NCBI GenBank assembly: GCA_964486045.1 | Contig: CAZALK010000021.1 | Coordinates: 1 to 64,000, forward strand | Origin: an uncultured archaeon | GTDB taxonomy: Archaea; Asgardarchaeota; Lokiarchaeia; Sigyniarchaeales; SOKP01 | Length of the DNA: 64,000 bases | Reading direction: 5' to 3' | Part shown: positions 40,726-51,387 of the stretch, in pieces | How the letters are laid out: every line of letters starts with the position of its first letter | Numbering within the stretch: position 1 is the first letter of the stretch | Position numbers and translations under genes: made by a program | The notes under the pieces: model-generated | Seen by the model: the letters and a program-made list of their open reading frames with translations, nothing else | What the model was told of the DNA's origin: nothing | Database searches by the model: none

Positions 40726-41919
40726 TCACAACTTATTTTTTTGTATAGTCTTTAAAATATCTAAGTATTTAATAACATCTCTCGTATCACTTTTACCTAT
40801 ACAGAAATCTAATTGTTTAGTAAAATAATTGTTAATAAGTTTCAATTGGGGGCTTGAAATTATAAATTTTGAACCATCTTCTATTTGTTTGTCTATTACA
40901 GAATCTTTTTCTGCCTCAATATTAGTGTTGATAATTTGAAGAGCGATCCACTCAAAAACACTCTCAATGTTTTCATTGGTTTTAGCTGAAGTCTCCATAT
41001 AATAAACCTCTAATTCTTTAGCTAAATCCATTCCTTCTTTGGCAGAAACTTCTCTAATATCACTTAAATCTACCTTATTTCCTACAAGGATTAAAATAGT
41101 TTTGGGTAAAGCAACCCTCTTTATAATATCATACCATTTTCTTACATTTTCAAATGATTCTCTGCTTGTCATATCATAAACAATTATTCCTGCGCGTGAA
41201 TCAGTTAAATAATCCGGCCACAAGCGTTGGAATTGGTTTTGTCCTGCTAAATCCCATATCATGAATTTTACAGAAATTTTTAATTCCTTGAATTCACATT
41301 CTTTTTTAGTTATAAACGTTCCGATTGTTGCTTTATAATCACCTTTAAATATATCATGGACATATCTTTGAGCCATACTTGTTTTTCCTACTCCTCCATC
41401 ACCGATAAGGCTAAGTTTGTAAACATAGTCAGGAGAATGTGATTTTTTCTGATAATAGTCTAATTTATGTTTTAGTTTTTCCACTTCTGTATCCCTTCTA
41501 ATTTTAGGAATGACGGGACTAACCGGTAATTCCCCATCAATAATCCGTGCTACTTTGTCGGCTGCTAAATATGTATACGGAAAAACATCATCAATGAAAG
41601 TTGCTGGGCTTAGAATTGAAACCAACACATTCTCTGAGCCGGCTTCGCAAAATATAAAACGATACTTGTCTGTATCAAATGTTCCTGCTCCAAAAGTTCC
41701 TAAATCAAAATCTTGAGTGATTTTTTTAAGAATTAATTCAACCAAAGAGCTAAATGCTCCTACAAATTTTTTTTCATCTATTTCTTCAGAATCTCTTGTT
41801 AAAATATCAACAACTAGACCTTCATTCCCTACGACTAAAACTGAGATTAAAGACTCTCCCACTTCTTGCATATACCATTTAAATAGAGCTAATAGTTTCT
41901 CTTTATCGATGTAAGTCAT
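40726..41919 (-). CDS. Roadblock/LC7 domain fused to a Rab-like small GTPase
   Basis: N-terminal VLVVGNEGLVV roadblock-like domain; G1 GDGGVGKT, G2 YKATIG, G3 WDLAGQ, G4 NKVD, G5 ETSAK. Confidence 0.9.
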   Translation of the reverse strand: MTYIDKEKLLALFKWYMQEVGESLISVLVVGNEGLVVDILTRDSEEIDEKKFVGAFSSLVELILKKITQDFDLGTFGAGTFDTDKYRFIFCEAGSENVLVSILSPATFIDDVFPYTYLAADKVARIIDGELPVSPVIPKIRRDTEVEKLKHKLDYYQKKSHSPDYVYKLSLIGDGGVGKTSMAQRYVHDIFKGDYKATIGTFITKKECEFKELKISVKFMIWDLAGQNQFQRLWPDYLTDSRAGIIVYDMTSRESFENVRKWYDIIKRVALPKTILILVGNKVDLSDIREVSAKEGMDLAKELEVYYMETSAKTNENIESVFEWIALQIINTNIEAEKDSVIDKQIEDGSKFIISSPQLKLINNYFTKQLDFCIGKSDTRDVIKYLDILKTIQKNKL

Positions 41920-42115
41920 TATACTATGCCCAGTGGTTTTATAAGTTTCTACATTGTCTTACAAAAAACAGTTTTTATTTTAATTAGAATAATAATAAAG
42001 TTTGAATATTTTAATTCTTTTAAATGGAAAATGACAAAAAAAGTTAAAAACAATTTATACAGCAAGGACTTTAAACCGTAATTTACATTTCTTAAACAAT
42101 TGTTTAATATTAATT

Positions 42116-45100
42116 CTATAGTATTGGTAAAGAGAAAAAAAACGTGCATCCTTTATTCTTCCCTTCAGATTCCACCCAAATGTTTCCTCCATGAAGCTCA
42201 ACGATCTTTTTAGAAATATAGAGGCCCAACCCGGAACCTTCGGATATCACATCTAATCCTTTTCCATATCGTTCTATTTTACCAAATTTCTTAAAGATTT
42301 TTGTTATTTCCTCTTCAGTTAAACCTATACCATTATCTTTCACTGAAATTATATACAAATTTTCCCTTATTTCTGAGTTAATTTTAATTATGCCTTTAGG
42401 TGGTGTATATTTAATTGAGTTGCTCAATAAATTCATCAGCACCTCGTAGATTCTTTCTTTTTCAAATCGAGTTATCATCGAGTCTTGAATTTCTAAGATT
42501 AGTTCATGATTTCTATTAGCTACTAATCCTTGTAAATCATTTAAACAAAACCTTATTAAAAAAGATAAATTTTCTTTGGATTTGTTTAACCCCATTTCTC
42601 CAGACTCTAACTTAGAAGTCTTTAAAAGATCCTTTATTAAAGATTCAAGTCGAAAACACCCTGATTTTATCTCATGTAAAATAGAGATCGTATAAAAATC
42701 AAATTCTTCTAATCTTTGTTGTAACAACAAATCTGCATAACCCTTTATTGAAACTAATGGTGTTTTTAATTCGTGTGAGGTTCTGCTAAGAAGGTCTGAT
42801 TTAAGTCTATTTATTTCTTTTAAATTTTCTTCCACTTCCTTTTGATTAGTAATATCTACCATTGACGATAGTATGGCCTTCTTATTTAGATAAATTATTG
42901 GTTTTGAATGAATTTCAACCCATTTTATTTTCCCTGATTTAGTCAAAATTCTACAGCTATACTTAAAAGCAGTATCATAATCACCAAATTGTCTTTCTCT
43001 TAGTAATTTCATTATAAATGGTAGATCATCTTGGTGTATAATTTTTGTAGCTTCTTCAGCAGACCAGGAAAAAATTTCTTCAATAGAATATTCAATAATA
43101 TTTGATACGGCTAAATTTGAAAAAATTATTTTTCCATCAAAAGTAATTGTAATACCTAATGATGATTGTTCAGCGATTGTTCTGAATTTATCTTCTGATT
43201 CGCTTAATTTTTCTTCAGCTTTCTTGCGTTCGGTAATGTCTTGAAACGAATTAATATACTTTACTTCCACTCCTATGGTTTGAGCTGCAGAACTCATGGA
43301 AAGCCACATCCTGGAACCATCAGTGCGTTTTGAAAGGAATTCAAAGTCTTTTACATACCCATTCTTTTCAAGTAATTTAACGAAAAGGTCTCTTTCTTCT
43401 TCATAATAATAGAAATCTCTTGCGGGTGTTTGTAACATTTGTTCTTTAGAGGTGTATCCAAACATTTTTACTGCTTCTGAATTGGTTTCAAGAATCTTTC
43501 CTTCAGGACTACTAATAGAAATACCAACAGGTACTGCTTCCATGAGAGTCTTTAACTTATGCTCAGATATACGAACTTCCTCTTCCATATTCTTCTGTTC
43601 AGTTATGTCGTTGGAAAAACCAATAATTCCGGAAACATTTCCTTTTTCATTCATGATAGGAATCTTACTAGTTAGAACCCACTTTCTTCCTTCAGCTGTA
43701 TCCCATGGTTCAACAATGTTTAGTTTAGATTTACCTGTTTTAATAACCTCTAAATCATCATCCCAATATGCTTGAGCTTCCTGTTTTGGATAAAGATCGA
43801 ACAAACTTCTGCCCATTAACTCCTCTTTAGATTTATTGTGCGCATCAGCTAGATATTTATTTACTCGAATGAAATTATTTTGAGAATCTTTATAAAATAG
43901 CAGTCCAGGGATATGATCTAAGATCATTTCCATTTCTTTGCTTAATTCTTTATATTTCTTTTCTGAATCTCTTAATTTTTGTTCTGATATTTTTTTTTCA
44001 TTAATATCTTCGATTATCGCTATAAAATATTTCGGCTCTCCCGAAGGTTCTCTCACAAGAGATCCAGTAAGATTAATCCATACTATAGAGTTATCCTTAC
44101 AAATATATCTCTTTTCCATTGAAAATCTCTGGATTTTATTATCTAAAACTTGGGAAACGTATTCTAAATCTTCATCAAGGTCTTTTGGGTGGGTTATCTC
44201 TTGAAAAGTTAAATTAATCAGTTCTTCATATGAATATTTTACAATGTCACAGAGCCGTTGGTTTACTCTTAGAAAAGTACCATTTATAGTAGTGTGTGCA
44301 ATACCAACGGGAGCTAGTTCAAAGGTTGATCGAAATCGTTCCTCACTTTCGATAAGGGCTTTCTCAGATCGTTTTCTTTCGGAAATCTCTCGTACTATTG
44401 TTAAAGCCATGTTCTTACCATTAAGCCAAAAAAGATGAGAACTTGCTTCTACGTCTATTTTTTCACCATTTTTTTTTATATCCACCGTCTCGAAAGTTAG
44501 ATCTCCTTTTTCACGAAGTGTTTTGGGTACTTTTAAGGTTTTATTTAAATGAGTTGGTTCATTTAAATCGTACGGAGTCATTTTTAGTAGTTCTTCATTA
44601 TTGTAACCAAACATTTGACAAGCTTTTTCATTTACTTTAATGAACTTTCCCAGATTATTATCATCATAAATTTCATGCAAAAAAATAGCATCATTAGCGT
44701 TCTCAAAAAGCATCCGGAATTCTTCTTCTGATATTTCTAATTCTTCCGTTCTTTCTATTATTTTTTGCTCTAGGTTTTTATTTAAATGTTGCAGTTTTTC
44801 TTTCGAATCAATTAACTTCTGCTCTGCATTTTTACGAGAAGTTATATCTTGGACTTGAACAAGGTAATTACTAATGGTCTCCATGTTGTTGAGAAATAAC
44901 GGAGTGATTAATACATCAAGATAAATCTTGCCCGATTTAGTAGTGTTGTATAAATTCTGACTTTTTACTAAATCAAAATCAAATATACTTTCATATCTTA
45001 TAGTTTTATGTTGTTTCAATTTAAGAAGATATTCAGGAGGTATATTTGGGTCACTAAATAAATCAAATCCCTTTATTTTATCCTTATTTTGAACACCAAA

Positions 45101-45238
45101 TAATTCCATACATGAGTGATTCACATCAAATAATTTTCCATTAGAATCAAAGAGTTCAATCCCTATTGGAGAATCATCATAAATAGCTTCAAATATATTT
45201 TTAGCTCTTTTTCCATCATACTTGTTTGATTCAATCAA
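42116..45238 (-). CDS. Multi-PAS (about 6) cytoplasmic histidine kinase
   Basis: Repeated PAS/PAC modules, SHELKTPL, NSIKY, GSGLGL. Confidence 0.93.
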   Translation of the reverse strand: MIESNKYDGKRAKNIFEAIYDDSPIGIELFDSNGKLFDVNHSCMELFGVQNKDKIKGFDLFSDPNIPPEYLLKLKQHKTIRYESIFDFDLVKSQNLYNTTKSGKIYLDVLITPLFLNNMETISNYLVQVQDITSRKNAEQKLIDSKEKLQHLNKNLEQKIIERTEELEISEEEFRMLFENANDAIFLHEIYDDNNLGKFIKVNEKACQMFGYNNEELLKMTPYDLNEPTHLNKTLKVPKTLREKGDLTFETVDIKKNGEKIDVEASSHLFWLNGKNMALTIVREISERKRSEKALIESEERFRSTFELAPVGIAHTTINGTFLRVNQRLCDIVKYSYEELINLTFQEITHPKDLDEDLEYVSQVLDNKIQRFSMEKRYICKDNSIVWINLTGSLVREPSGEPKYFIAIIEDINEKKISEQKLRDSEKKYKELSKEMEMILDHIPGLLFYKDSQNNFIRVNKYLADAHNKSKEELMGRSLFDLYPKQEAQAYWDDDLEVIKTGKSKLNIVEPWDTAEGRKWVLTSKIPIMNEKGNVSGIIGFSNDITEQKNMEEEVRISEHKLKTLMEAVPVGISISSPEGKILETNSEAVKMFGYTSKEQMLQTPARDFYYYEEERDLFVKLLEKNGYVKDFEFLSKRTDGSRMWLSMSSAAQTIGVEVKYINSFQDITERKKAEEKLSESEDKFRTIAEQSSLGITITFDGKIIFSNLAVSNIIEYSIEEIFSWSAEEATKIIHQDDLPFIMKLLRERQFGDYDTAFKYSCRILTKSGKIKWVEIHSKPIIYLNKKAILSSMVDITNQKEVEENLKEINRLKSDLLSRTSHELKTPLVSIKGYADLLLQQRLEEFDFYTISILHEIKSGCFRLESLIKDLLKTSKLESGEMGLNKSKENLSFLIRFCLNDLQGLVANRNHELILEIQDSMITRFEKERIYEVLMNLLSNSIKYTPPKGIIKINSEIRENLYIISVKDNGIGLTEEEITKIFKKFGKIERYGKGLDVISEGSGLGLYISKKIVELHGGNIWVESEGKNKGCTFFFSLPIL

Positions 45239-45305
45239 AATTTCTCATCCCCTTTTCAATTTTGAATTGAAGGAGGTACTATAATTGCAAATCTTATACC
45301 AATAT

Positions 45306-45338
45306 CTAACAAAAGAAGTTGTATTTAATCGTTTGGTT
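45306..45338 (-). promoter_or_regulatory. BRE/TATA promoter conserved between kinase paralogs
   Basis: Minus strand AACCAAACGATTAAATACAACTTCTTTTGTTAG; near-identical copy at 50274-50306. Confidence 0.6.
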
Positions 45339-45543
45339 TACTAAACTATCACATTATGTTTAAAAAATGTTTAATTTATTCTTTAACTCTTAATAGTGAA
45401 AATTCAATACAAATAATTTAGAAATGAAAAAATGGAATTGAGCTTGTAATTAAATTAAAATAAAAAAAACCTACCATGATTGTTTAAAGAGTAGAAAATT
45501 TATCTCATTCTAATGAAATATTTTTGTAATAATTATCCATTTA

Positions 45544-48500
45544 TCATTTTCTGCTTATAATCGGTAAAGAAAAGTAGAATGTAGATCCTTCATTTCTACC
45601 TTTAGATTCCACCCATATTTTTCCACCATGAAGTTCAATCATTTTTTTTGAGATATAGAGACCTAAGCCAGAGCCCTCAGAAATCACGTCTAGACCTTTA
45701 CCGTATCGTTCCACTTTCCCAAATTTTTTGAAAATTTTCGATTTTTCATGCTCCGTTAAACCAATTCCATCATCTGTTATTGAAATTATATACTGATTAT
45801 CTCTAATTTCTGAATTAATTTTGATTTTCCCATTTGAGGGAGTATACTTTATAGAATTGCCTAAGAGATTTATGATTACTTCATAGATTTTTTCCTTTTC
45901 AAATTGCGTAACCATGTTCTCTTGAATTTCTAAAATTAACTCATGTTTTCTAGTTTCTATTAACCCTTGTAAATCTTTAACACAAAATCTTAACAAAAAT
46001 GATAGATCTTCTTCTGATTTACTTAATTTAATATCTCCAGATTCTAATTTTGAAGTTTCTAAAAGGTCCTTTATTAATGATTCAAGTCGGGAACATCCCT
46101 GCTTAATTTCATGTAATACTGAGATTGTGTAGAAGTTAAGTTCATCATAATGTTGACTCAAAAGTAAATCTGCGTAACCTTTTATTGAAACTAATGGTGT
46201 TTTTAATTCATGTGATGTTCTAGTAAGTAGGTCAGATTTTAATTTGCTGACTTCTTTTAACTCTTCCTCCACTTGTTTTTTAGAAGTTACATCTATTAAG
46301 GTTGATAGAGTTGCACTCTTTCCAAGATATATAATGGGTTTTGTAAAAATTGAGACCCATTTAACTTTCCCTAATTTTGAGTTTATTCTTAATTCTAATT
46401 GACCTACAGAATCATAAAAACCGGGTTGTCTCCCTTTAATTTTTTCAAGCATAAATGGTAGATCCTCTTTATATATGATTTTAGTTAAATTTTCTGCTCC
46501 CTGGTTGTAAATTTCTTCTATAGAATATTCAATAATTTCTGAAACGGCTTTATTTGCGAATTTTACATATCCGTCTTGTTGGATAATTACACCAATCGAA
46601 GATTGTTCAGCTATAGTTCTAAATTGTTCTTCTGATTCCTTCAATTTTTGTTCTGTTTTTTTTCGGGTTGTTATATCTAAAAGAGAAGTTATAACTTTCG
46701 ACCAAGTTGTTTCGAAACCTGGAATAATCAAAGTCCTCATATAAATGTATATTGTATCTCCTGTGAGAGTTTTTGTAACAACTTCAGATTCGTAGGTTGT
46801 ATTTCCCCCTATCAAAGATAATAATTCTAGTTTATTGGTCGTGATTGCTTCTGGATTTGTAGAATGAAATGAGTCTTTTTCAAATTGATTTTTCAAATCA
46901 AAAATTTCTTTCTTGCTTCTGGATTTGTATAACTCAACAATTTTATTATTAACATCTATTAATTTGATCTTAGAGAGACATTTAATAACTACTTCAGGAT
47001 TTTCATCAAAATATTTCTCAAAAGATTTTATTCCTGAAGCTTTTAATTTATCTACATAATTTTTCATATCAGAATAATCTTGTTCTAATAAGGCAATAGG
47101 AGAATTTTCAAATAATTCTCGATATCTTTTTTCTGAATCTTTCAGTTTTTCCTCAATTTCTTTCTCTTCGGTAATATCTTTAGCGATACAGAGAATTCCT
47201 TCATTTATAGGGTATACACTCACTTCGTAATAAGCCCCACGACCATCTGGATGCGTAAAAAACTCAGTTACACGTTCAGCATTCCTATTGTTTATCACTT
47301 TTTCATATGTCTTGAAAAAAAGGGTTTTTTCAATACCAGGAAAAACATCGAAGATTTTTTGACCTAATAAATTCTCAACAGGCATATGGACAATTTTCTC
47401 AGCGTTATTATTTACAATTATATATTCCCAATCTCTATTTAAGGCATAAACAGCATCTGTAATAGATTCGAGTAGCATTCTATATTGATTTGAAAGGTTC
47501 CTATATTTTTCTTCTGAGTCTTTTAATTCCTGTTCAGCTTTTATACGATCAGTTATATCAACAGCTAATGCGATTATTCCTTTTACAATTCCATTTTCAT
47601 CAATATAGGGGATTTTACTAGTATTAGCCCACTTTCTACCGCTTGATGTTTCCCAAGGTTCAATGATATTAAGTTTCGGTTTTTTATTTTTTATAACTTC
47701 TAAATCATCTTCCCAATATGTTTGAGCCTCATCATAAGGATAAATTTCAGAAGCACTCTTACCTTCAATTTCTTCTTTTTTTAAGTTATGACCATCAGCC
47801 ATAAATTTATTAATCCGTAAAAAATTATTTTCAGTGTCTTTATAAGCAATAACCGCTGGTATGTGATCAAAAATCACTTCTAATTCATTAGCGAGATGTC
47901 TATACAGTATTTCTGATTCTATTAGTTTTTGCTGAGCTTTCTTGCGTTTGGTGATGTCAGTATTTACTGAAACAAGAACTTTGCCATACTCGGGATGATC
48001 AAAGACTGAAACATTAACATAGCTCCAAAATAACGTTCCGTTTTTCTTAATATTTTTAATTTCCCCATGCCATTCTCCTGTTTCTGATAATATTCCCATA
48101 ATAGTTTTTTTCGTTTCCTCAGGATTTTTGTCTGTGGGTGCATTAATAATTGCGATATCTTTTCCAATCAGTTCTCCGGGATTATAACCAAACATTTCCT
48201 CTAATGCAGGATTAGCATAGACAATTATCCCATCATCGATTCGAGCAAGTTGTACACCCTCACTGACATTTGTCATGATTTCACTATGTAATCGTAATTC
48301 TTCCTCTCTTTCCTTGCGTTCTGTAACATCTTGGAAAGAATTGATATAAACTGTTTGATCTTCGGTTTTTTGTTCAATAGAAGTTATTAAACCCCAGAAA
48401 ACTTTGCCATCCTTCCGCGTAAATTTGGCTTCAAAATCTTTTACTAGCCCTTGTTCATGTAATATAATAAATCTTTCTCTATCCTTTGGATCGCTATACC

Positions 48501-50205
48501 GAGTTAAAACGGGTAATTTTAGGAACTCTTCCTTTGAATTTATACCGAAAACCTTGAAAGCTTGTGAATTACATTCAACGACCCTTCCTTCGGGCGTGGT
48601 GATGGAAATTCCAACGGGAACGGCTTCAATCAAATCTATTAATCTTTTCTCCGACTCTCTGATCTTATCTTCGGCTTTTTTCTTCTCAGTAATATCTCTA
48701 TTGGTAGCTACAATGCCAATTCGATTCCCGTCATCATCTTTAATTAAAGAAACAGATGATAGAATATCAATAAGTGTACCATCCTTATGTTGTTGAATTA
48801 CTTCACCCTTCCAAAATCCTTCCTTAAGAATTCGGTTCAAATTAACCTCTTTATTACCGTTTGGGTATGCTAACGGAATTATTTCTGATAAGGTCTTCCC
48901 AATTACTTCTTTTGCCTTCCAGCCATATATTAATTCAGCAGCTTTATTCCAAGATACTATTTTAAAGCTTAAATCAGTAGAAATAATCCCATCAGATACA
49001 TTTTCAACAAGTTTTGCTTGATATCTTAATCTCTCCTCTGATTTTTTACTCCATGAAATATCTGACCAAAAACCGACTAATTCAACCGGATTTCTTTTTT
49101 CATCAGTAATCAGTTTAATCTCATTTCGCATCCAATGATGGTTTCCATCTTTAAACTTGAATCTATATTCAAACCCTAAATTTTTCTCCTTTGATATTTT
49201 TGAAAGTCTTAACAGTACGAAATCTTTATCATCTGGATGAATATTCTTTAACCATAATTCAGAATCCTCAACAAATTCTTCAGCTGAATACCCAGTTAAA
49301 TTCTTTACATTTTTACTAAAAAAAGTTCCACTATAATCCCCTGATGGTTTGGAAGTGTAAAAAATTGTAGGTCCCGATGATGTCAAATAATCTAATTTAT
49401 CCTTTAAATTTTTTAACCTTAGCTCAGCCGTTTTACGTCTTGAAATATTCACAACTATAGAACGTGACTCTATTAATTTATGTTCTTGATCCAGGATTGG
49501 ATTCACTGTTAAACTTATCCAAACAAGTTCACCATTTTTTTTTTGCATTTGGAGTTCTTCATCTTGAATTATTTCCCCTTTTAACAAGCCATTAAATAAT
49601 CTTTTAGCTTTAGAAATGCCATTGGCATTTTTTCCATATAAGTCTAGGTCTTTCATTTCTAATAATTCTTCTTTTGAATAACCTAAGAGATTCTCGGCTG
49701 CTTTATTAAATCTTTGAATTGATTTATCAGCACCTATGGAGAAGTAGGCATTTGGAGCATTTTCATACAAATCCTGATAAAGCTCTTCTGATACTTTTAA
49801 ATAATTTTCCATTTTTCTCTGCTCAATGATTTCTGTAAAATCTTTTAAAATTATCAAGAATTTAACGGTTCTGTTATAATCGACGGTTTTTTGTACATAA
49901 AATTCAAAAATCTTGACAACCCCAAGTTTATGTTTGAATTTTAACCGAGTCGAATCTGTTTTATTATCAGGACAATTCTTTAACGTATAAATAGCTACTT
50001 CGAGATCTTCCTCATATATAAAATCTAATAAAGAATTTCCTTGTAATTCATCATTAGAATATCCCAGCAACTTCAAAAGAGGTAATTGACTCGCGTATTC
50101 GACCACATAATCCTGATTTATAATAAAAAGTGGTTCATCTATACTTTCTGTTATCATTTCAAAAGATTCTTCAAAAATCCTTAATTTTTCTTGTACTTCG
50201 ACCAA
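45544..50205 (-). CDS. Multi-PAS (about 10) cytoplasmic histidine kinase
   Basis: Repeated PAS/PAC modules, SHELKTPL, NSIKY, DDGIG, GSGLGL. Confidence 0.93.
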   Translation of the reverse strand: MVEVQEKLRIFEESFEMITESIDEPLFIINQDYVVEYASQLPLLKLLGYSNDELQGNSLLDFIYEEDLEVAIYTLKNCPDNKTDSTRLKFKHKLGVVKIFEFYVQKTVDYNRTVKFLIILKDFTEIIEQRKMENYLKVSEELYQDLYENAPNAYFSIGADKSIQRFNKAAENLLGYSKEELLEMKDLDLYGKNANGISKAKRLFNGLLKGEIIQDEELQMQKKNGELVWISLTVNPILDQEHKLIESRSIVVNISRRKTAELRLKNLKDKLDYLTSSGPTIFYTSKPSGDYSGTFFSKNVKNLTGYSAEEFVEDSELWLKNIHPDDKDFVLLRLSKISKEKNLGFEYRFKFKDGNHHWMRNEIKLITDEKRNPVELVGFWSDISWSKKSEERLRYQAKLVENVSDGIISTDLSFKIVSWNKAAELIYGWKAKEVIGKTLSEIIPLAYPNGNKEVNLNRILKEGFWKGEVIQQHKDGTLIDILSSVSLIKDDDGNRIGIVATNRDITEKKKAEDKIRESEKRLIDLIEAVPVGISITTPEGRVVECNSQAFKVFGINSKEEFLKLPVLTRYSDPKDRERFIILHEQGLVKDFEAKFTRKDGKVFWGLITSIEQKTEDQTVYINSFQDVTERKEREEELRLHSEIMTNVSEGVQLARIDDGIIVYANPALEEMFGYNPGELIGKDIAIINAPTDKNPEETKKTIMGILSETGEWHGEIKNIKKNGTLFWSYVNVSVFDHPEYGKVLVSVNTDITKRKKAQQKLIESEILYRHLANELEVIFDHIPAVIAYKDTENNFLRINKFMADGHNLKKEEIEGKSASEIYPYDEAQTYWEDDLEVIKNKKPKLNIIEPWETSSGRKWANTSKIPYIDENGIVKGIIALAVDITDRIKAEQELKDSEEKYRNLSNQYRMLLESITDAVYALNRDWEYIIVNNNAEKIVHMPVENLLGQKIFDVFPGIEKTLFFKTYEKVINNRNAERVTEFFTHPDGRGAYYEVSVYPINEGILCIAKDITEEKEIEEKLKDSEKRYRELFENSPIALLEQDYSDMKNYVDKLKASGIKSFEKYFDENPEVVIKCLSKIKLIDVNNKIVELYKSRSKKEIFDLKNQFEKDSFHSTNPEAITTNKLELLSLIGGNTTYESEVVTKTLTGDTIYIYMRTLIIPGFETTWSKVITSLLDITTRKKTEQKLKESEEQFRTIAEQSSIGVIIQQDGYVKFANKAVSEIIEYSIEEIYNQGAENLTKIIYKEDLPFMLEKIKGRQPGFYDSVGQLELRINSKLGKVKWVSIFTKPIIYLGKSATLSTLIDVTSKKQVEEELKEVSKLKSDLLTRTSHELKTPLVSIKGYADLLLSQHYDELNFYTISVLHEIKQGCSRLESLIKDLLETSKLESGDIKLSKSEEDLSFLLRFCVKDLQGLIETRKHELILEIQENMVTQFEKEKIYEVIINLLGNSIKYTPSNGKIKINSEIRDNQYIISITDDGIGLTEHEKSKIFKKFGKVERYGKGLDVISEGSGLGLYISKKMIELHGGKIWVESKGRNEGSTFYFSLPIISRK

Positions 50206-50273
50206 GATTTCTCAACCTCAACTAATTTCAATAAAGATAGGTAAAAAATGATATCTGATAATTATATCAATAA

Positions 50274-50306
50274 CTAACAAAAGTATTTGTATTTAACACT
50301 TTGGTT
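50274..50306 (-). promoter_or_regulatory. BRE/TATA promoter conserved between kinase paralogs
   Basis: Minus strand AACCAAAGTGTTAAATACAAATACTTTTGTTAG, matching 45306-45338. Confidence 0.6.
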
Positions 50307-50361
50307 AAAGGCTTATCTAGGTAAAAGCTATTTAAATGGATATTCAAAAGTGTATTAATCT

Positions 50362-51297
50362 TTATTCTATGCCATAAACTTGGTGAGGTACGAGATATTT
50401 TGGAAATTTATCAATTAATCTTAGTCTGGTGGTAAAACATAGATGACATTCATCAACATACTTTTTTTCATGTTCTATATCATATTCTCTAACTAATTGA
50501 GCTGGACCTCCTCTAATTAGGGGTCCGCATATCGGGTGAGACTCAGCATCATAACCATCAATCAAATCTGATAGTGGAGTCTTCCAAAAGTTTCCAATGC
50601 TTAGACCTTGACAAATATGTGCATTTCCAAAAGAATCTAAATGAATTCTTCCGAGTTCCTTAAAATCTTCATGTGGGCATTCAATTAATTCATCCCATGG
50701 TCTCTTGGGTAAACCTTTAATCAACTTTTCAACGGATCTTCCTTTAAACATCGCTCCTCCACCTATTACAGGATTTCCTTTTACTTGATCCTTTTCAGTT
50801 TTAACTGTAGGTTTATCAATACAAATTGTTAAAACAGGTAATTTAAGATTTTCAGCTGCCTTTTTTGCATTTTTCGATAAATTTTCTTTTTCATTTTCGT
50901 AATGGAATGTGTCATCGCTTACACTAAAATCATCTATGCCAGATTCTGAAAAAGATTTAAGCCAGATTTCTGCATCCTCAATACTAGTTGCCCAAAATGA
51001 ATTGGTTACTATTCCGGTTTTAAATCCATGTTTTTTTGCAAGCTTCACCCCTTCGATCATTATAGGATAATACAGAAATGGTTCATCTCCTTCGAAATAA
51101 ATCCACTCAACTGTCCCAATTTTCTTCACTTCATTGATAACACTTCTAATTTGTTCTAAAGTGAACGTCCCTTTAGTACTTGGACTGCAGTATAAAAAAC
51201 AATGATCACATGCATAATTACATGCATATATTAATAAAAAATGGATACCTTTCAACATTTTTGCTTTCACGAATGATGTTATTTTTATGTCAATCAA
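50362..51297 (-). CDS. Radical SAM protein
   Basis: CNYACDHC (CxxxCxxC), EGDEPF, VTNSFWA, C-terminal Cys cluster (C..., CQG, CGP, CHLC). Confidence 0.88.
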   Translation of the reverse strand: MIDIKITSFVKAKMLKGIHFLLIYACNYACDHCFLYCSPSTKGTFTLEQIRSVINEVKKIGTVEWIYFEGDEPFLYYPIMIEGVKLAKKHGFKTGIVTNSFWATSIEDAEIWLKSFSESGIDDFSVSDDTFHYENEKENLSKNAKKAAENLKLPVLTICIDKPTVKTEKDQVKGNPVIGGGAMFKGRSVEKLIKGLPKRPWDELIECPHEDFKELGRIHLDSFGNAHICQGLSIGNFWKTPLSDLIDGYDAESHPICGPLIRGGPAQLVREYDIEHEKKYVDECHLCFTTRLRLIDKFPKYLVPHQVYGIE

Positions 51298-51387
51298 TTT
51301 TCATTCTTAAATAAAATTATTTAATTAATTTTCATTAAGTCTCATAGAATTAAAACTAAAAAAAATGATTTTAATGGGATCAATAAT

